From assembly GCA_964247055.1 (NCBI GenBank), contig OZ176050.1, forward strand, positions 1,736,001 to 1,800,000: a stretch of 64,000 bases of DNA, given 5' to 3'. Of the stretch, positions 26,801 through 42,270 are shown piece by piece (positions within the stretch are counted from its first letter, which is position 1; the number at the start of each line of letters is the position of its first letter). The notes under the pieces are model-generated. The model had not been told where the DNA came from and did not search any database. It worked only from the letters and a program-made list of their open reading frames with translations. Both the position numbers and the translations under genes were made by a program. The stretch is from Paragordius varius (lineage: Eukaryota; Animalia; Nematomorpha).

Positions 26801-29800
26801 TTTTTATACATTCTCTTAGCAAGACTACAAAATATAGAGATAGTTTGACAAACTCTTTCATATCCGATTTTTACGACGATACTTTGAAAATTAATGTATT
26901 AAACTAGTCGCATCAATACTCAAATTTAACTTTGTCCTTAAAAATCGGATATTGGTCACCGGTGAACAAAATTATTTTTTATATATTCTCTTAGCAAGAC
27001 TACATCAAAATATAGAGATAGTTTGACAAACTCTTTCATATCCGATTTTTACAACGATACTTTAAAAATTAATGTATAAAACTAGTCGCATCAAAACTCA
27101 AGTTAAACTTTGTTCTTAAAAATCGAATATTGGTCACCGGTGAACAAAATTATTTTTTATACATTCTCTTAGTAAGACTACATCAAAATATAGAGATAGT
27201 TTGACAAACTCTTTCATATCCGATTTTTACAACGATACTTTAAAAATTAATGTACTCAAGTTAAATTTTGTCCTTAAAAATGGGATATTGGTCACCGGTG
27301 AACAAAATTATTTTTTATACATTCTCTTAGTAAGACTACATCAAAATATAGAGATGGTTTGACAAACTCTTTCATATCCGATTTTTACAACGATACTTTA
27401 AAAATTAATGTGTTAAACTAGTCGCATCAATACTCAAGTTAAACTTTGTCCTTAAAAATCGGATATTGGTCACCGGTGAACAAAATTATTTTTTATACAT
27501 TCTCTTAGTAGGACTACATCAAAATATAGAGATAGTTTGGCAAACTCTTTCATATCCGATTTTTACAACGATACTTTATAAATTAATGTATAAAACTAGT
27601 CGCATCAATACTCAAGTTAAACTTTGTCCTTAAAAATCGAATATTGGTCACCGGTGAACAAAATTATTTTTTATACATTCTCTTAGTAAGACTACATCAA
27701 AATATAGAGATAGTTTGACAAACTCTTTCATATCCGATTTTTACAACGATACTTTAAAAATTAATGTGTTAAACTAGTCGCATCAATACTCAAGTTAAAC
27801 TTTGTCCTTAAAAATCGGATATTGGTCACCGGTGAACAAAATTATTTTTTATACATTCTCTTAGTAGGACTACATCAAAATATAGAGATAGTTTGGCAAA
27901 CTTTTTCATAATCGATTTTTACAACGATACTTTAAAAATTAATGTATAAAACTAGTCGCATCAATACTCAAGTTAAACTTTGTCCTTAAAAATTGGATAT
28001 TGGTCACCGGTAAACAAAATTATTTTTTATACATTCTTTTAGTAAGACTACATCAAAATATAGATATAGTTTGACAAATTCTTTCATATCCGATTTTTAC
28101 AACGATACTTTAAAAATTAATGTATTTAACTAGTCGCATCAATACTCAAGTTAAACTTTGTCCTTAAAAATCGGATATTGGTCACCGGTGAACAAAATTA
28201 TTTTTTATACATTCTCTTAGCAAGACTACAAAATATAGAGATAGTTTGACAAACTCTTTCATATCCGATTTTTACGACGATACTTTAAAAATTAATGTAT
28301 TAAACTAGTCGCATCAATACTCAAATTTAATTTTGTCCTTAAAAATCGGATATTGGTCACCGGTGAACAAAATTATTTTTTATATATTCTCTTAGCAAGA
28401 CTACATCAAAATATAGAGATAGTTTGACAAACTCTTTCATATCCGATTTTTACAACGATACTTTAAAAATTAATGTATAAAACTAGTCGCATCAAAACTC
28501 AAGTTAAACTTTGTTCTTAAAAATCGAATATTGGTCACCGGTGAACAAAATTATTTTTTATACATTCTCTTAGTAAGACTACATCAAAATATAGAGATAG
28601 TTTGACAAACTCTTTCATATCCGATTTTTACAACGATACTTTAAAAGTTAATGTACTCAAGTTAAATTTTGTCCTTAAAAATGGGATATTGGTCACCGGT
28701 GAACAAAATTATTTTTTATACATTCTCTTAGTAAGACTACATCAAAATATAGAGATGGTTTGACAAACTCTTTCATATCCGATTTTTACAACGATACTTT
28801 ATAAATTAATGTATTAAACTAGTCGCATCAATACTCAAGTTAAACTTTGTCCTTAAAAATCGAATATTGGTCACTGAACAAAATTTTTTTTTATACATTC
28901 TCTTAGTAAGACTACATCAAAATATAGAGATAGTTTGACAAACTCTTTCATATCCGATTTTTACAACGATACTTTAAAAATTAATGTACTCAAGTTAAAT
29001 TTTGTCCTTAAAAATGGGATATTGGTCACCGGTGAACAAAATTATTTTTTATACATTCTCTTAGTAAGACTACATCAAAATATAGAGATAGTTTGACAAA
29101 CTCTTTCATATCCGATTTTTACAACGATACTTTAAAAATTAATGTGTTAAACTAGTCGCATCAATACTCAAGTTAAACTTTGTCCTTAAAAATCGAATAT
29201 TGGTCACCGGTGAACAAAATTATTTTTTATACATTCACTTAGTAAGACTACATCAAAATATAGAGATAGTTTGACAAACTCTTTCATATCCGATTTTTAC
29301 AACGATACTTTAAAAATTAATGTGTTAAACTAGTCGCATCAATACTCAAGTTAAACTTTGTGCTTAAAAATCGGATATTGGTCACCGGTGAACAAAATTA
29401 TTTTTTATACATTCTCTTAGTAGGACTACATCAAAATATAGAGATAGTTTGGCAAACTTTTTCATAATCGATTTTTACAACGATACTTTAAAAATTAATG
29501 TATAAAACTAGTCGCATCAATACTCAAGTTAAACTTTGTCCTTAAAAATTGGATATTGGTCACCGGTAAACAAAATTATTTTTTATACATTCTTTTAGTA
29601 AGACTACATCAAAATATAGATATAGTTTGACAAATTCTTTCATATCCGATTTTTACAACGATACTTTAAAAATTAATGTATTTAACTAGTCGCATCAATA
29701 CTCAAGTTAAACTTTGTCCTTAAAAATCGGATATTGGTCACCGGTGAACAAAATTATTTTTTATACATTCTCTTAGCAAGACTACAAAATATAGAGATAG

Positions 29801-32800
29801 TTTGACAAACTCTTTCATATCCGATTTTTACGACGATACTTTAAAAATTAATGTATTAAACTAGTCGCATCAATACTCAAATTTAACTTTGTCCTTAAAA
29901 ATCGGATATTGGTCACCGGTGAACAAAATTATTTTTTATATATTCTCTTAGCAAGACTACATCAAAATATAGAGATAGTTTGACAAACTCTTTCATATCC
30001 GATTTTTACAACGATACTTTAAAAATTAATGTATAAAACTAGTCGCATCAAAACTCAAGTTAAACTTTGTTCTTAAAAATCGAATATTGGTCACCGGTGA
30101 ACAAAATTATTTTTTATACATTCTCTTATTAAGACTACATCAAAATATAGAGATAGTTTGACAAACTCTTTCATATCCGATTTTTACAACGATACTTTAA
30201 AAATTAATGTACTCAAGTTAAATTTTGTCCTTAAAAATGGGATATTGGTCACCGGTGAACAAAATTATTTTTTATACATTCTCTTAGTAAGACTACATCA
30301 AAATATAGAGATGGTTTGACAAACTCTTTCATATCCGATTTTTACAACGATACTTTATAAATTAATGTATTAAACTAGTCGCATCAATACTCAAGTTAAA
30401 CTTTGTCCTTAAAAATCGAATATTGGTCACCGGTGAACAAAATTATTTTTTATACATTCTCCTAGTAAGACTACATCAAAATATAGAGATAGTTTGACAA
30501 ACTCTTTCATATCCGATTTTTACAACGATACTTTAAAAATTAATGTGTTAAACTAGTCGCATCAATACTCAAGTTAAACTTTGTCCTTAAAAATCGGATA
30601 TTGGTCACCGGTGAACAAAATTTTTTATACATTCTCTTAGTAGGACTACATCAAAATATAGAGATAGTTTGGCAAACTCTTTCATATCCGATTTTTACAA
30701 CGATACTTTATAAATTAATGTATAAAACTAGTCGTATCAATAAGTCGCATCAATACTCAAGTTAAATTTTGTCCTTAAAAATCGGATATTGGTCACCGGT
30801 GAACAAAATTATTTTTTATACATTCTCTTAGTAGGACTACATCAAAATAAAGAGATAGTTTGGCAAACTCTTTCATATCCGATTTTTACAACGATACTTT
30901 ATAAATTAATGTATAAAACTAGTCGCATCAATACTCAAGTTAAACTTTGTCCTTAAAAATCGAATATTGGTCACCGGTGAACAAAATTATTTTTTATACA
31001 TTCTCTTAGTAAGACTACATCAAAATATAGAGATAGTTTGACAAACTCTTTCATATCCGATTTTTACAACGATACTTTAAAAATTAATGTGTTAAACTAG
31101 TCGCATCAATACTCAAGTTAAACTTTGTCCTTAAAAATCGGATATTGGTCACCGGTGAACAAAATTATTTTTTATACATTCTCTTAGTAGGACTACATCA
31201 AAATATAGAGATAGTTTGGCAAACTTTTTCATAATCGATTTTTACAACGATACTTTAAAAATTAATGTATAAAACTAGTCGCATCAATACTCAAGTTAAA
31301 CTTTGTCCTTAAAAATTGGATATTGGTCACCGGTAAACAAAATTATTTTTTATACATTCTTTTAGTAAGACTACATCAAAATATAGATATAGTTTGACAA
31401 ATTCTTTCATATCCGATTTTTACAACGATACTTTAAAAATTAATGTATTTAACTAGTCGCATCAATACTCAAGTTAAACTTTGTCCTTAAAAATCGGATA
31501 TTGGTCACCGGTGAACAAAATTATTTTTTATACATTCTCTTAGCAAGACTACAAAATATAGAGATAGTTTGACAAACTCTTTCATATCCGATTTTTACGA
31601 CGATACTTTAAAAATTAATGTATTAAACTAGTCGCATCAATACTCAAATTTAATTTTGTCCTTAAAAATCGGATATTGGTCACCGGTGAACAAAATTATT
31701 TTTTATATATTCTCTTAGCAAGACTACATCAAAATATAGAGATAGTTTGACAAACTCTTTCATATCCGATTTTTACAACGATACTTTAAAAATTAATGTA
31801 TAAAACTAGTCGCATCAAAACTCAAGTTAAACTTTGTCCTTAAAAATCGAATATTGGTCACCGGTGAACAAAATTTTTTTTTATACATTCTCTTAGTAAG
31901 ACTACATCAAAATATAGAGATAGTTTGACAAACTCTTTCATATCCGATTTTTACAACGATACTTTAAAAATTAATGTACTCAAGTTAAATTTTGTCCTTA
32001 AAAATGGGATATTGGTCACCGGTGAACAAAATTATTTTTTATACATTCTCTTAGTAAGACTACATCAAAATATAGAGATAGTTTGACAAACTCTTTCATA
32101 TCCGATTTTTACAACGATACTTTAAAAATTAATGTGTTAAACTAGTCGCATCAATACTCAAGTTAAACTTTGTCCTTAAAAATCGAATATTGGTCACCGG
32201 TGAACAAAATTATTTTTTATACATTCTCTTAGTAAGACTACATCAAAATATAGAGATAGTTTGACAAACTCTTTCATATCCGATTTTTACAACGATACTT
32301 TAAAAATTAATGTGTTAAACTAGTCGCATCAATACTCAAGTTAAACTTTGTGCTTAAAAATCGGATATTGGTCACCGGTGAACAAAATTATTTTTTATAC
32401 ATTCTCTTAGTAGGACTACATCAAAATATAGAGATAGTTTGGCAAACTTTTTCATAATCGATTTTTACAACGATACTTTAAAAATTAATGTATAAAACTA
32501 GTCGCATCAATACTCAAGTTAAACTTTGTCCTTAAAAATTGGATATTGGTCACCGGTAAACAAAATTATTTTTTATACATTCTTTTAGTAAGACTACATC
32601 AAAATATAGATATAGTTTGACAAATTCTTTCATATCCGATTTTTACAATGATACTTTAAAAATTAATGTATTTAACTAGTCGCATCAATACTCAAGTTAA
32701 ACTTTGTCCTTAAAAATCGGATATTGGTCACCGGTGAACAAAATTATTTTTTATACATTCTCTTAGCAAGACTACAAAATATAGAGATAGTTTGACAAAC

Positions 32801-35442
32801 TCTTTCATATCCGATTTTTACGACGATACTTTAAAAATTAATGTATTAAACTAGTCGCATCAATACTCAAATTTAACTTTGTCCTTAAAAATCGGATATT
32901 GGTCACCGGTGAACAAAATTATTTTTTATATATTCTCTTAGCAAGACTACATCAAAATATAGAGATAGTTTGACAAACTCTTTCATATCCGATTTTTACA
33001 ACGATACTTTAAAAATTAATGTACTCAAGTTAAATTTTGTCCTTAAAAATGGGATATTGGTCACCGGTGAACAAAATTATTTTTTATACATTCTCTTAGT
33101 AAGACTACATCAAAATATAGAGATGGTTTGACAAACTCTTTCATATCCGATTTTTACAACGATACTTTATAAATTAATGTATTAAACTAGTCGCATCAAT
33201 ACTCAAGTTAAACTTTGTCCTTAAAAATCGAATATTGGTCACCGGTGAACAAAATTATTTTTTATACATTCTCCTAGTAAGACTACATCAAAATATAGAG
33301 ATAGTTTGACAAACTCTTTCATATCCGATTTTTACAACGATACTTTAAAAATTAATGTGTTAAACTAGTCGCATCAATACTCAAGTTAAACTTTGTCCTT
33401 AAAAATCGGATATTGGTCACCGGTGAACAAAATTTTTTATACATTCTCTTAGTAGGACTACATCAAAATATAGAGATAGTTTGGCAAACTCTTTCATATC
33501 CGATTTTTACAACGATACTTTATAAATTAATGTATAAAACTAGTCGTATCAATAAGTCGCATCAATACTCAAGTTAAATTTTGTCCTTAAAAATCGGATA
33601 TTGGTCACCGGTGAACAAAATTATTTTTTATACATTCTCTTAGTAGGACTACATCAAAATAAAGAGATAGTTTGGCAAACTCTTTCATATCCGATTTTTA
33701 CAACGATACTTTATAAATTAATGTATAAAACTAGTCGCATCAATACTCAAGTTAAACTTTGTCCTTAAAAATCGAATATTGGTCACCGGTGAACAAAATT
33801 ATTTTTTATACATTCTCTTAGTAAGACTACATCAAAATATAGAGATAGTTTGACAAACTCTTTCATATCCGATTTTTACAACGATACTTTAAAAATTAAT
33901 GTGTTAAACTAGTCGCATCAATACTCAAGTTAAACTTTGTCCTTAAAAATCGGATATTGGTCACCGGTGAACAAAATTATTTTTTATACATTCTCTTAGT
34001 AGGACTACATCAAAATATAGAGATAGTTTGGCAAACTTTTTCATAATCGATTTTTACAACGATACTTTAAAAATTAATGTATAAAACTAGTCGCATCAAT
34101 ACTCAAGTTAAACTTTGTCCTTAAAAATTGGATATTGGTCACCGGTAAACAAAATTATTTTTTATACATTCTTTTAGTAAGACTACATCAAAATATAGAT
34201 ATAGTTTGACAAACTCTTTCATATCCGATTTTTACAACGATACTTTAAAAATTAATGTACTCAAGTTAAATTTTGTCCTTAAAAATGGGATATTGGTCAC
34301 CGGTGAACAAAATTATTTTTTATACATTCTCTTAGTAAGACTACATCAAAATATAGAGATGGTTTGACAAACTCTTTCATATCCGATTTTTACAACGATA
34401 CTTTATAAATTAATGTATAAAACTAGTCGTATCAATAAGTCGCATCAATACTCAAGTTAAATTTTGTCCTTAAAAATCGGATATTGGTCACCGGTGAACA
34501 AAATTATTTTTTATACATTCTCTTAGCAAGACTACAAAATATAGAGATAGTTTGACAAACTCTTTCATATCCGATTTTTACGACGATACTTTAAAAATTA
34601 ATGTATTAAACTAGTCGCATCAATACTCAAATTTAACTTTGTCCTTAAAAATCGGATATTGGTCACCGGTGAACAAAATTATTTTTTATATATTCTCTTA
34701 GCAAGACTACATCAAAATATAGAGATAGTTTGACAAACTCTTTCATATCCGATTTTTACAACGATACTTTAAAAATTAATGTATAAAACTAGTCGCATCA
34801 AAACTCAAGTTAAACTTTGTTCTTAAAAATCGAATATTGGTCACCGGTGAACAAAATTATTTTTTATACATTCTCTTAGTAAGACTACATCAAAATATAG
34901 AGATAGTTTGACAAACTCTTTCATATCCGATTTTTACAACGATACTTTAAAAATTAATGTACTCAAGTTAAATTTTGTCCTTAAAAATGGGATATTGGTC
35001 ACCGGTGAACAAAATTATTTTTTATACATTCTCTTAGTAAGACTACATCAAAATATAGAGATGGTTTGACAAACTCTTTCATATCCGATTTTTACAACGA
35101 TACTTTATAAATTAATGTATTAAACTAGTCGCATCAATACTCAAGTTAAACTTTGTCCTTAAAAATCGAATATTGGTCACCGGTGAACAAAATTATTTTT
35201 TATACATTCTCCTAGTAAGACTACATCAAAATATAGAGATAGTTCGACAAACTCTTTCATATCCGATTTTTACAACGATACTTTAAAAATTAATGTGTTA
35301 AACTAGTCGCATCAATACTCAAGTTAAACTTTGTCCTTAAAAATCGGATATTGGTCACCGGTGAACAAAATTATTTTTTATACATTCTCTTAGTAGGACT
35401 ACATCAAAATATAGAGATAGTTTGGCAAACTCTTTCATATCC
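17848..35442 (+). repeat. Domain of variable-length (6-10 monomer) higher-order repeats
   Basis: The marker CCGGTAAAC occurs at 18124, 23791, 24853, 26611, 28012, 29568, 31335, 32558 and 34147. It sits in a conserved order with TTGGAT, TAGATATAG, GTATTTAAC, ACTACAAAAT, TACGACG, CAAATTTAAC and TGTTCTT. Confidence 0.85.
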
Positions 35443-36206
35443 GATTTTTACAACGATACTTTATAAATTAATGTATAAAACTAGTCGTATCAATAAGTCG
35501 CATCAATACTCAAGTTAAATTTTGTCCTTAAAAATCGGATATTGGTCACCGGTGAACAAAATTATTTTTTATACATTCTCTTAGTAAGACTACATCAAAA
35601 TATATAGATAGTTTGACAAACTCTTTCATATCCGATTTTTACAACGATACTTTAAAAATTAATGTATAAAACTAGTCGTATCAATAAATCGCATCAATAC
35701 TCAAGTTAAACTTTGTCCTTAAAAATCGGATATTGGTCAACGGTGAACAAAATTATTTTTTATATATTCTCTTAATAGGACTACATCAAAATATAGAGAT
35801 AGTTTGGCAAACTCTTTCATATCCGATTTTTACAACGATACTTTATAAATTAATGTATAAAACTAGTCGTATCAATAAGTCGCATCAATACTCAAGTTAA
35901 ACTTTGTCCTTAAAAATCGGATATTGGTCACCGATGAACAAAATTATTTTTTATACATTCTCTTAGTAGGACTACATCAAAATATAGAGATAGTTTGGCA
36001 AACTCTTTCATATCCGATTTTTACAACGATACTTTATAAATTAATGTATAAAACTAGTCGTATCAATAAGTCGCATCAATATTCAAGTTAAACTTTGTCC
36101 TTAAAAATCGGATATTGGTCAACGGTGAACAAAATTATTTTTTATACATTCTCTTTGTAGGACTACATCAAAATATAGAGATAGTTTGACAAACTCTTTC
36201 ATATCC

Positions 36207-39200
36207 GATTTTTACAACGATACTTTAAAAATTAATGTGTTAAACTAGTCGCATCAATACTCAAGTTAAACTTTGTCCTTAAAAATCGGATATTGGTCAC
36301 CGGTGAACAAAATTATTTTTTATACATTCTCTTAGCAAGACTACATCAAAATATAGAGATAGTTTGACAAACTCTTTCATATCCGATTTTTACGACGATA
36401 CTTTAAAAATTAATGTATTAAACTAGTCGCATCAATACTCAAATTAAACTTTGTCCTTAAAAATCGAATATTGGTCACCGGTGAACAAAATTATTTTTTA
36501 TACATTCTCTTAGTAAGACTACATCAAAATATAGAGATAGTTTGACAAACTCTTTCATATCCGATTTTTACAACGATACTTTAAAAATTAATGTGTTAAA
36601 CTAGTCGCATCAATACTCAAGTTAAACTTTGTCCTTAAAAATCGGATATTGGTCACCGGTGAACAAAATTATTTTTTATACATTCTCTTAGCAAGACCAC
36701 ATCAAAATATAGAGATAGTTTGACAAACTCTTTCATATCCGATTTTTACGACGATACTTTAAAAATTAATGTATTAAACTAGTCGCATCAATACTCAAAT
36801 TAAACTTTGTCCTTTAAAATCGGATATTGGTCACCGGTGAACAAAATTATTTTTTATATATTCTCTTAGCAAGACTACATCAAAATATAGAGATAGTTTG
36901 ACAAACTCTTTCATATCCGATTTTTACAACGATACTTTAAAAATTAATGTATAAAACTAGTCGCATCAATACTCAAGTTAAACTTTGTCCTTAAAAATCG
37001 AATATTGGTCACCGGTGAACAAAATTATTTTTTATACATTCTCTTAGCAAGACTACATCAAAATATAGAGATAGTTTGACAAACTCTTTCATATCCGATT
37101 TTTACAACGATACTTTAAAAATTAATGTGTTAAACTAGTCGCATCAATACTCAAGTTAAACTTTGTCCTTAAAAATCGAATATTGGTCACCGGCGAACAA
37201 AATTATTTTTTATACATTCTCTTAGTAAGACTACATCAAAATATAGAGATAGTTTGACAAACTCTTTCATATCCGATTTTTACAACGATACTTTAAAAAT
37301 TAATGTGTTAAACTAGTCGCATCAATACTCAAGTTAAACTTTGTCCTTAAAAATCGGATATTGGTCATCGGTGAACAAAATTATTTTTTATACATTCTCT
37401 TAGCAAGACTACATCAAAATATAGAGATAGTTTGACAAACTCTTTCATATCCGATTTTTACAACGATACTTTATAAATTAATGTATTAAACTAGTCGCAT
37501 CAATACTCAAATTAAACTTTGTCCTTAAAAATCGATATTAGTCACCGGTGAACAAAATTATTTTTTATATATTCTTTTAGTAGGACTACATCAAAATATA
37601 GAGATAGTTTGGCAAACTCTTTCATATCCGATTTTTACAACGATACTTTATAAATTAATGTATAAAACTAGTCGTATCAATAAGTCGCATCAATACTCAA
37701 GTTAAACTTTGTCCTTAAAAATCGGATATTGGTCACCGGTGAACAAAATTATTTTTTAAACATTCTCTTTGTAGGACTACATCAAAATATAGAGATAGTT
37801 TGGCAAACTCTTTCATATCCGATTTTTACAACGATACTTTAAAAATTAATGTATAAAACTAGTCGCATCAATACTCATAAACTTTGTCCTTAAAAATCGA
37901 ATATTGGTCACCGGTGAACAAAATTATTTTTTATACATTCTCTTAGTAAGACTAGATCAAAATATAGAGATAGTTTGACAAACTCTTTCATATGCGATTT
38001 TTACAACGATACTTTAAAAATTAATGTGTTAAACTAGTCGCATCAATACTCAAGTTAAACTTTGTCCTTAAAAATCGGATATTGGTCACCGGTGAACAAA
38101 ATTATTTTTTATACATTCTCTTAGCAAGACTACATCAAAATATAGAGATAGTTTGACAAACTCTTTCATATCCGATTTTTACAACGATACTTTAAAAATT
38201 AATGTGTTAAACTAGTCGCATCAATACTCAAGTTAAACTTTGTCCTTAAAAATCGGATATTGGTCATCGGTGAACAAAATTATTTTTTTTACATTCTCTT
38301 AGCAAGACTACATCAAAATATAGAGATAGTTTGACAAACTCTTTCATATCCGATTTTTACAACGATACTTTATAAATTAATGTATTAAACTAGTCGCATC
38401 AATACTCAAATTAAACTTTGTCCTTAAAAATCGATATTAGTCACCGGTGAACAAAATTATTTTTTATATATTCTTTTAGTAGGACTACATCAAAATATAG
38501 AGATAGTTTGGCAAACTCTTTCATATCCGATTTTTACAACGATACTTTATAAATTAATGTATAAAACTAGTCGTATCAATAAGTCGCATCAATACTCAAG
38601 TTAAACTTTGTCCTTAAAAATCGAATATTGGTCACCGGTGAACAAAATTATTTTTTAAACATTCTCTTTGTAGGACTACATCAAAATAAAGAGATAGTTT
38701 GGCAAACTCTTTCATATCCGATTTTTACAACGATACTTTAAAAATTAATGTATAAAACTAGTCGCATCAATACTCATAAACTTTGTCCTTAAAAATCGAA
38801 TATTGGTCACCGGTGAACAAAATTATTTTTTATACATTCTCTTAGTAAGACTAGATCAAAATATAGAGATATTTCTCTTTCATATGCGATTTTTACAACG
38901 ATACTTTAAAAATTAATGTGTTAAACTAGTCGCATCAATACTCAAGTTAAACTTTGTCCTTAAAAATCGGATATTGGTCACCGGTGAACAAAATTATTTT
39001 TTATACATTCTCTTAGCAAGACTACATCAAAATATAGAGATAGTTTGACAAACTCTTTCATATCCGATTTTTACAACGATACTTTATAAATTAATGTATT
39101 AAACTAGTCGCATCAATACTCAAATTAAACTTTGTCTTTAAAAATCGATATTGGTCACCGGTGAACAAAATTATTTTTATATATTCTCTTAGTAGGACTA

Positions 39201-42200
39201 CATCAAAATATAGAGATAGTTTGGCAAACTCTTTCATATCCGATTTTTAAAACGATACTTTATAAATTAATGTATAAAACTAGTCGTATCAATAAGTCGC
39301 ATCAATACTCAAGTTAAACTTTGTCCTTAAAAATCGGATATTGGTCACCGGTGAACAAAATTATTTTTTATACATTCTCTTTGTAGGACTACATCAAAAT
39401 ATAGAGATAGTTTGACAAACTCTTTCATATCCGATTTTTACAACGATACTTTAAAAATTAATGTGTTAAACTAGTCGCATCAATACTCAAGTTAAACTTT
39501 GTCCTTAAAAATCGGATATTGGTCACCGGTGAACAAAATTATTTTTTATACATTCTCTTAGCAAGACTACATTAAAATATAGAGATAGTTTGACAAACTC
39601 TTTCATATCCGATTTTTACGACGATACTTTAAAAATTAATGTATTAAACTAGTCGCATCAATACTCAAATTAAACTTTGTTTTTTAAAATCGGATATTGG
39701 TCACCGGTGAACAAAATTATTTTTTATATATTCTCTTAGCAAGACTACATCAAAATATAGAGATAGTTTGACAAACTCTTTCATATCCGATTTTTACAAC
39801 GATACTTTAAAAATTAATGTATAAAACTAGTCGCATCAATACTCAAGTTAAACTTTGTCCTTAAAAATCGAATATTGGTCACAGGTGAACAAAATTATTT
39901 TTTATACATTCTCTTAGCAAGACTACATCAAAATATAGAGATAGTTTGACAAACTCTTTCATATCCGATTTTTACAACGATACTTTAAAAATTAATGTGT
40001 TAAACTAGTCGCATCAATACTCAAGTTAAACTTTGTCCTTAAAAATCGAATATTGGTCACCGGTGAACAAAATTATTTTTTATACATTCTCTTAGTAAGA
40101 CTACATCAAAATATAGAGATAGTTTGACAAACTCTTTCATATCCGATTTTTACAACGATACTTTAAAAATTAATGTGTTAAACTAGTCGCATCAATACTC
40201 AAGTTGAACTTTGTCCTTAAAAATCGGATATTGGTCATCGGTGAACAAAATTATTTTTTATACATTCTCTTAGCAAGACTACATCAAAATATAGAGATAG
40301 TTTGACAAACTCTTTCATATCCGATTTTTACAACGATACTTTATAAATTAATGTATTAAACTAGTCGCATCAATACTCAAATTAAACTTTGTCCTTAAAA
40401 ATCGATATTGGTCACCGGTGAACAAAATTATTTTTTATATATTCTTTTAGTAGGACTACATCAAAATATAGAGATAGTTTGGCAAACTCTTTCATATCCG
40501 ATTTTTACAACGATACTTTATAAATTAATGTATAAAACTAGTCGTATCAATAAGTCGCATCAATACTCAAGTTAAACTTTGTCCTTAAAAATCGGATATT
40601 GGTCACCGGTGAACAAAATTATTTTTTATACATTCTCTTTGTAGGACTACATCAAAATATAGAGATAGTTTGGCAAACGCTTTCATATCCGATTTTTACA
40701 ACGATACTTTAAAAATTAATGTATAAAACTAGTCGCATCAATACTCATAAACTTTGTCCTTAAAAATCGAATATTGGTCACCGGTGAATAAAATTATTTT
40801 TTATACTTTCTCTTAGTAAGACTAGATCAAAATATAGAGATAGTTTGACAAACTCTTTCATATGCGATTTTTACAACGATACTTTAAAAATTAATGTGTT
40901 AAACTAGTCGCATCAATACTCATAAACTTTGTCCTTAAAAATCGAATATTGGTCACCGGTGAATAAAATTATTTTTTATACTTTCTCTTAGTAAGACTAG
41001 ATCAAAATATAGAGATAGTTTGACAAACTCTTTCATATGCGATTTTTACAACGATACTTTAAAAATTAATGTGTTAAACTAGTCGCATCAATACTCAAGT
41101 TAAACTTTGTCCTTAAAAATCGGATATTGGTCACCGGTGAACAAAATTATTTTTATACATTCTCTTAGTAAGACTACATCAAAATATAGAGATAGTTTGA
41201 CAAACTCTTTCATATCCGATTTTTACAACGATACTTTATAAATTAATGTATTAAACTAGTCGCATCAATACTCAAATTAAACTTTGTCCTTAAAAATCGA
41301 TATTGGTCACCGGTGAACAAAATTATTTTTTATATATTCTTTTAGTAGGACTACATCAAAATATAGAGATAGTTTGGCAAACTCTTTCATATCCGATTTT
41401 TACAACGATACTTTATAAATTAATGTATAAAACTAGTCGTATCAATAAGTCGCATCAATACTCAAGTTAAACTTTGTCCTTAAAAATCGGATATTGGTCA
41501 CCGGTGAACAAAATTATTTTTTATACATTCTCTTTGTAGGACTACATCAAAATATAGAGATAGTTTGGCAAACTCTTTCATATCCGATTTTTACAACGAT
41601 ACTTTAAAAATTAATGTATAAAACTAGTCGCATCAATACTCATAAACTTTGTCCTTAAAAATCGAATATTGGTCACCGGTGAATAAAATTATTTTTTATA
41701 CTTTCTCTTAGTAAGACTAGATCAAAATATAGAGATAGTTTGACAAACTCTTTCATATGCGATTTTTACAACGATACTTTAAAAATTAATGTGTTAAACT
41801 AGTCGCATCAATACTCAAGTTAAACTTTGTCCTTAAAAATCGGATATTGGTCACCGGTGAACAAAATTATTTTTATACATTCTCTTAGCAAGACTACATC
41901 AAAATATAGAGATAGTTTGACAAACTCTTTCATATCCGATTTTTACAACGATACTTTATAAATTAATGTATTAAACTAGTCTCATCAATACTCAAATTAA
42001 ACTTTGTCCTTAAAAATCGATATTGGTCACCGGTGAACAAAATTATTTTTTATATATTCTCTTTGTAGGACTACATCAAAATATAGAGATAGTTTGGCAA
42101 ACTCTTTCATATCCGATTTTTACAACGATACTTTAAAAATTAATGTATAAAACTAGTCGCATCAATACTCAAGTTAAACTTTGTCCTTAAAAATCGAATA

Positions 42201-42270
42201 TTGGTCACCGGTGAACAAAATTATTTTTTATACATTCTCTTAGTAAGACTAGATCAAAATATAGAGATAG
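36207..42270 (+). repeat. Satellite sub-domain lacking 158-bp monomers, with ACTCATAAAC (-3 bp) and ATATGCGAT variants; includes an 899-bp 5-mer HOR
   Basis: ACTCATAAAC occurs at ~37876, 38775, 40746, 40921 and 41641, and I saw it nowhere else. No short monomer occurs between ~35.1 and 43.5 kb. Confidence 0.8.
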
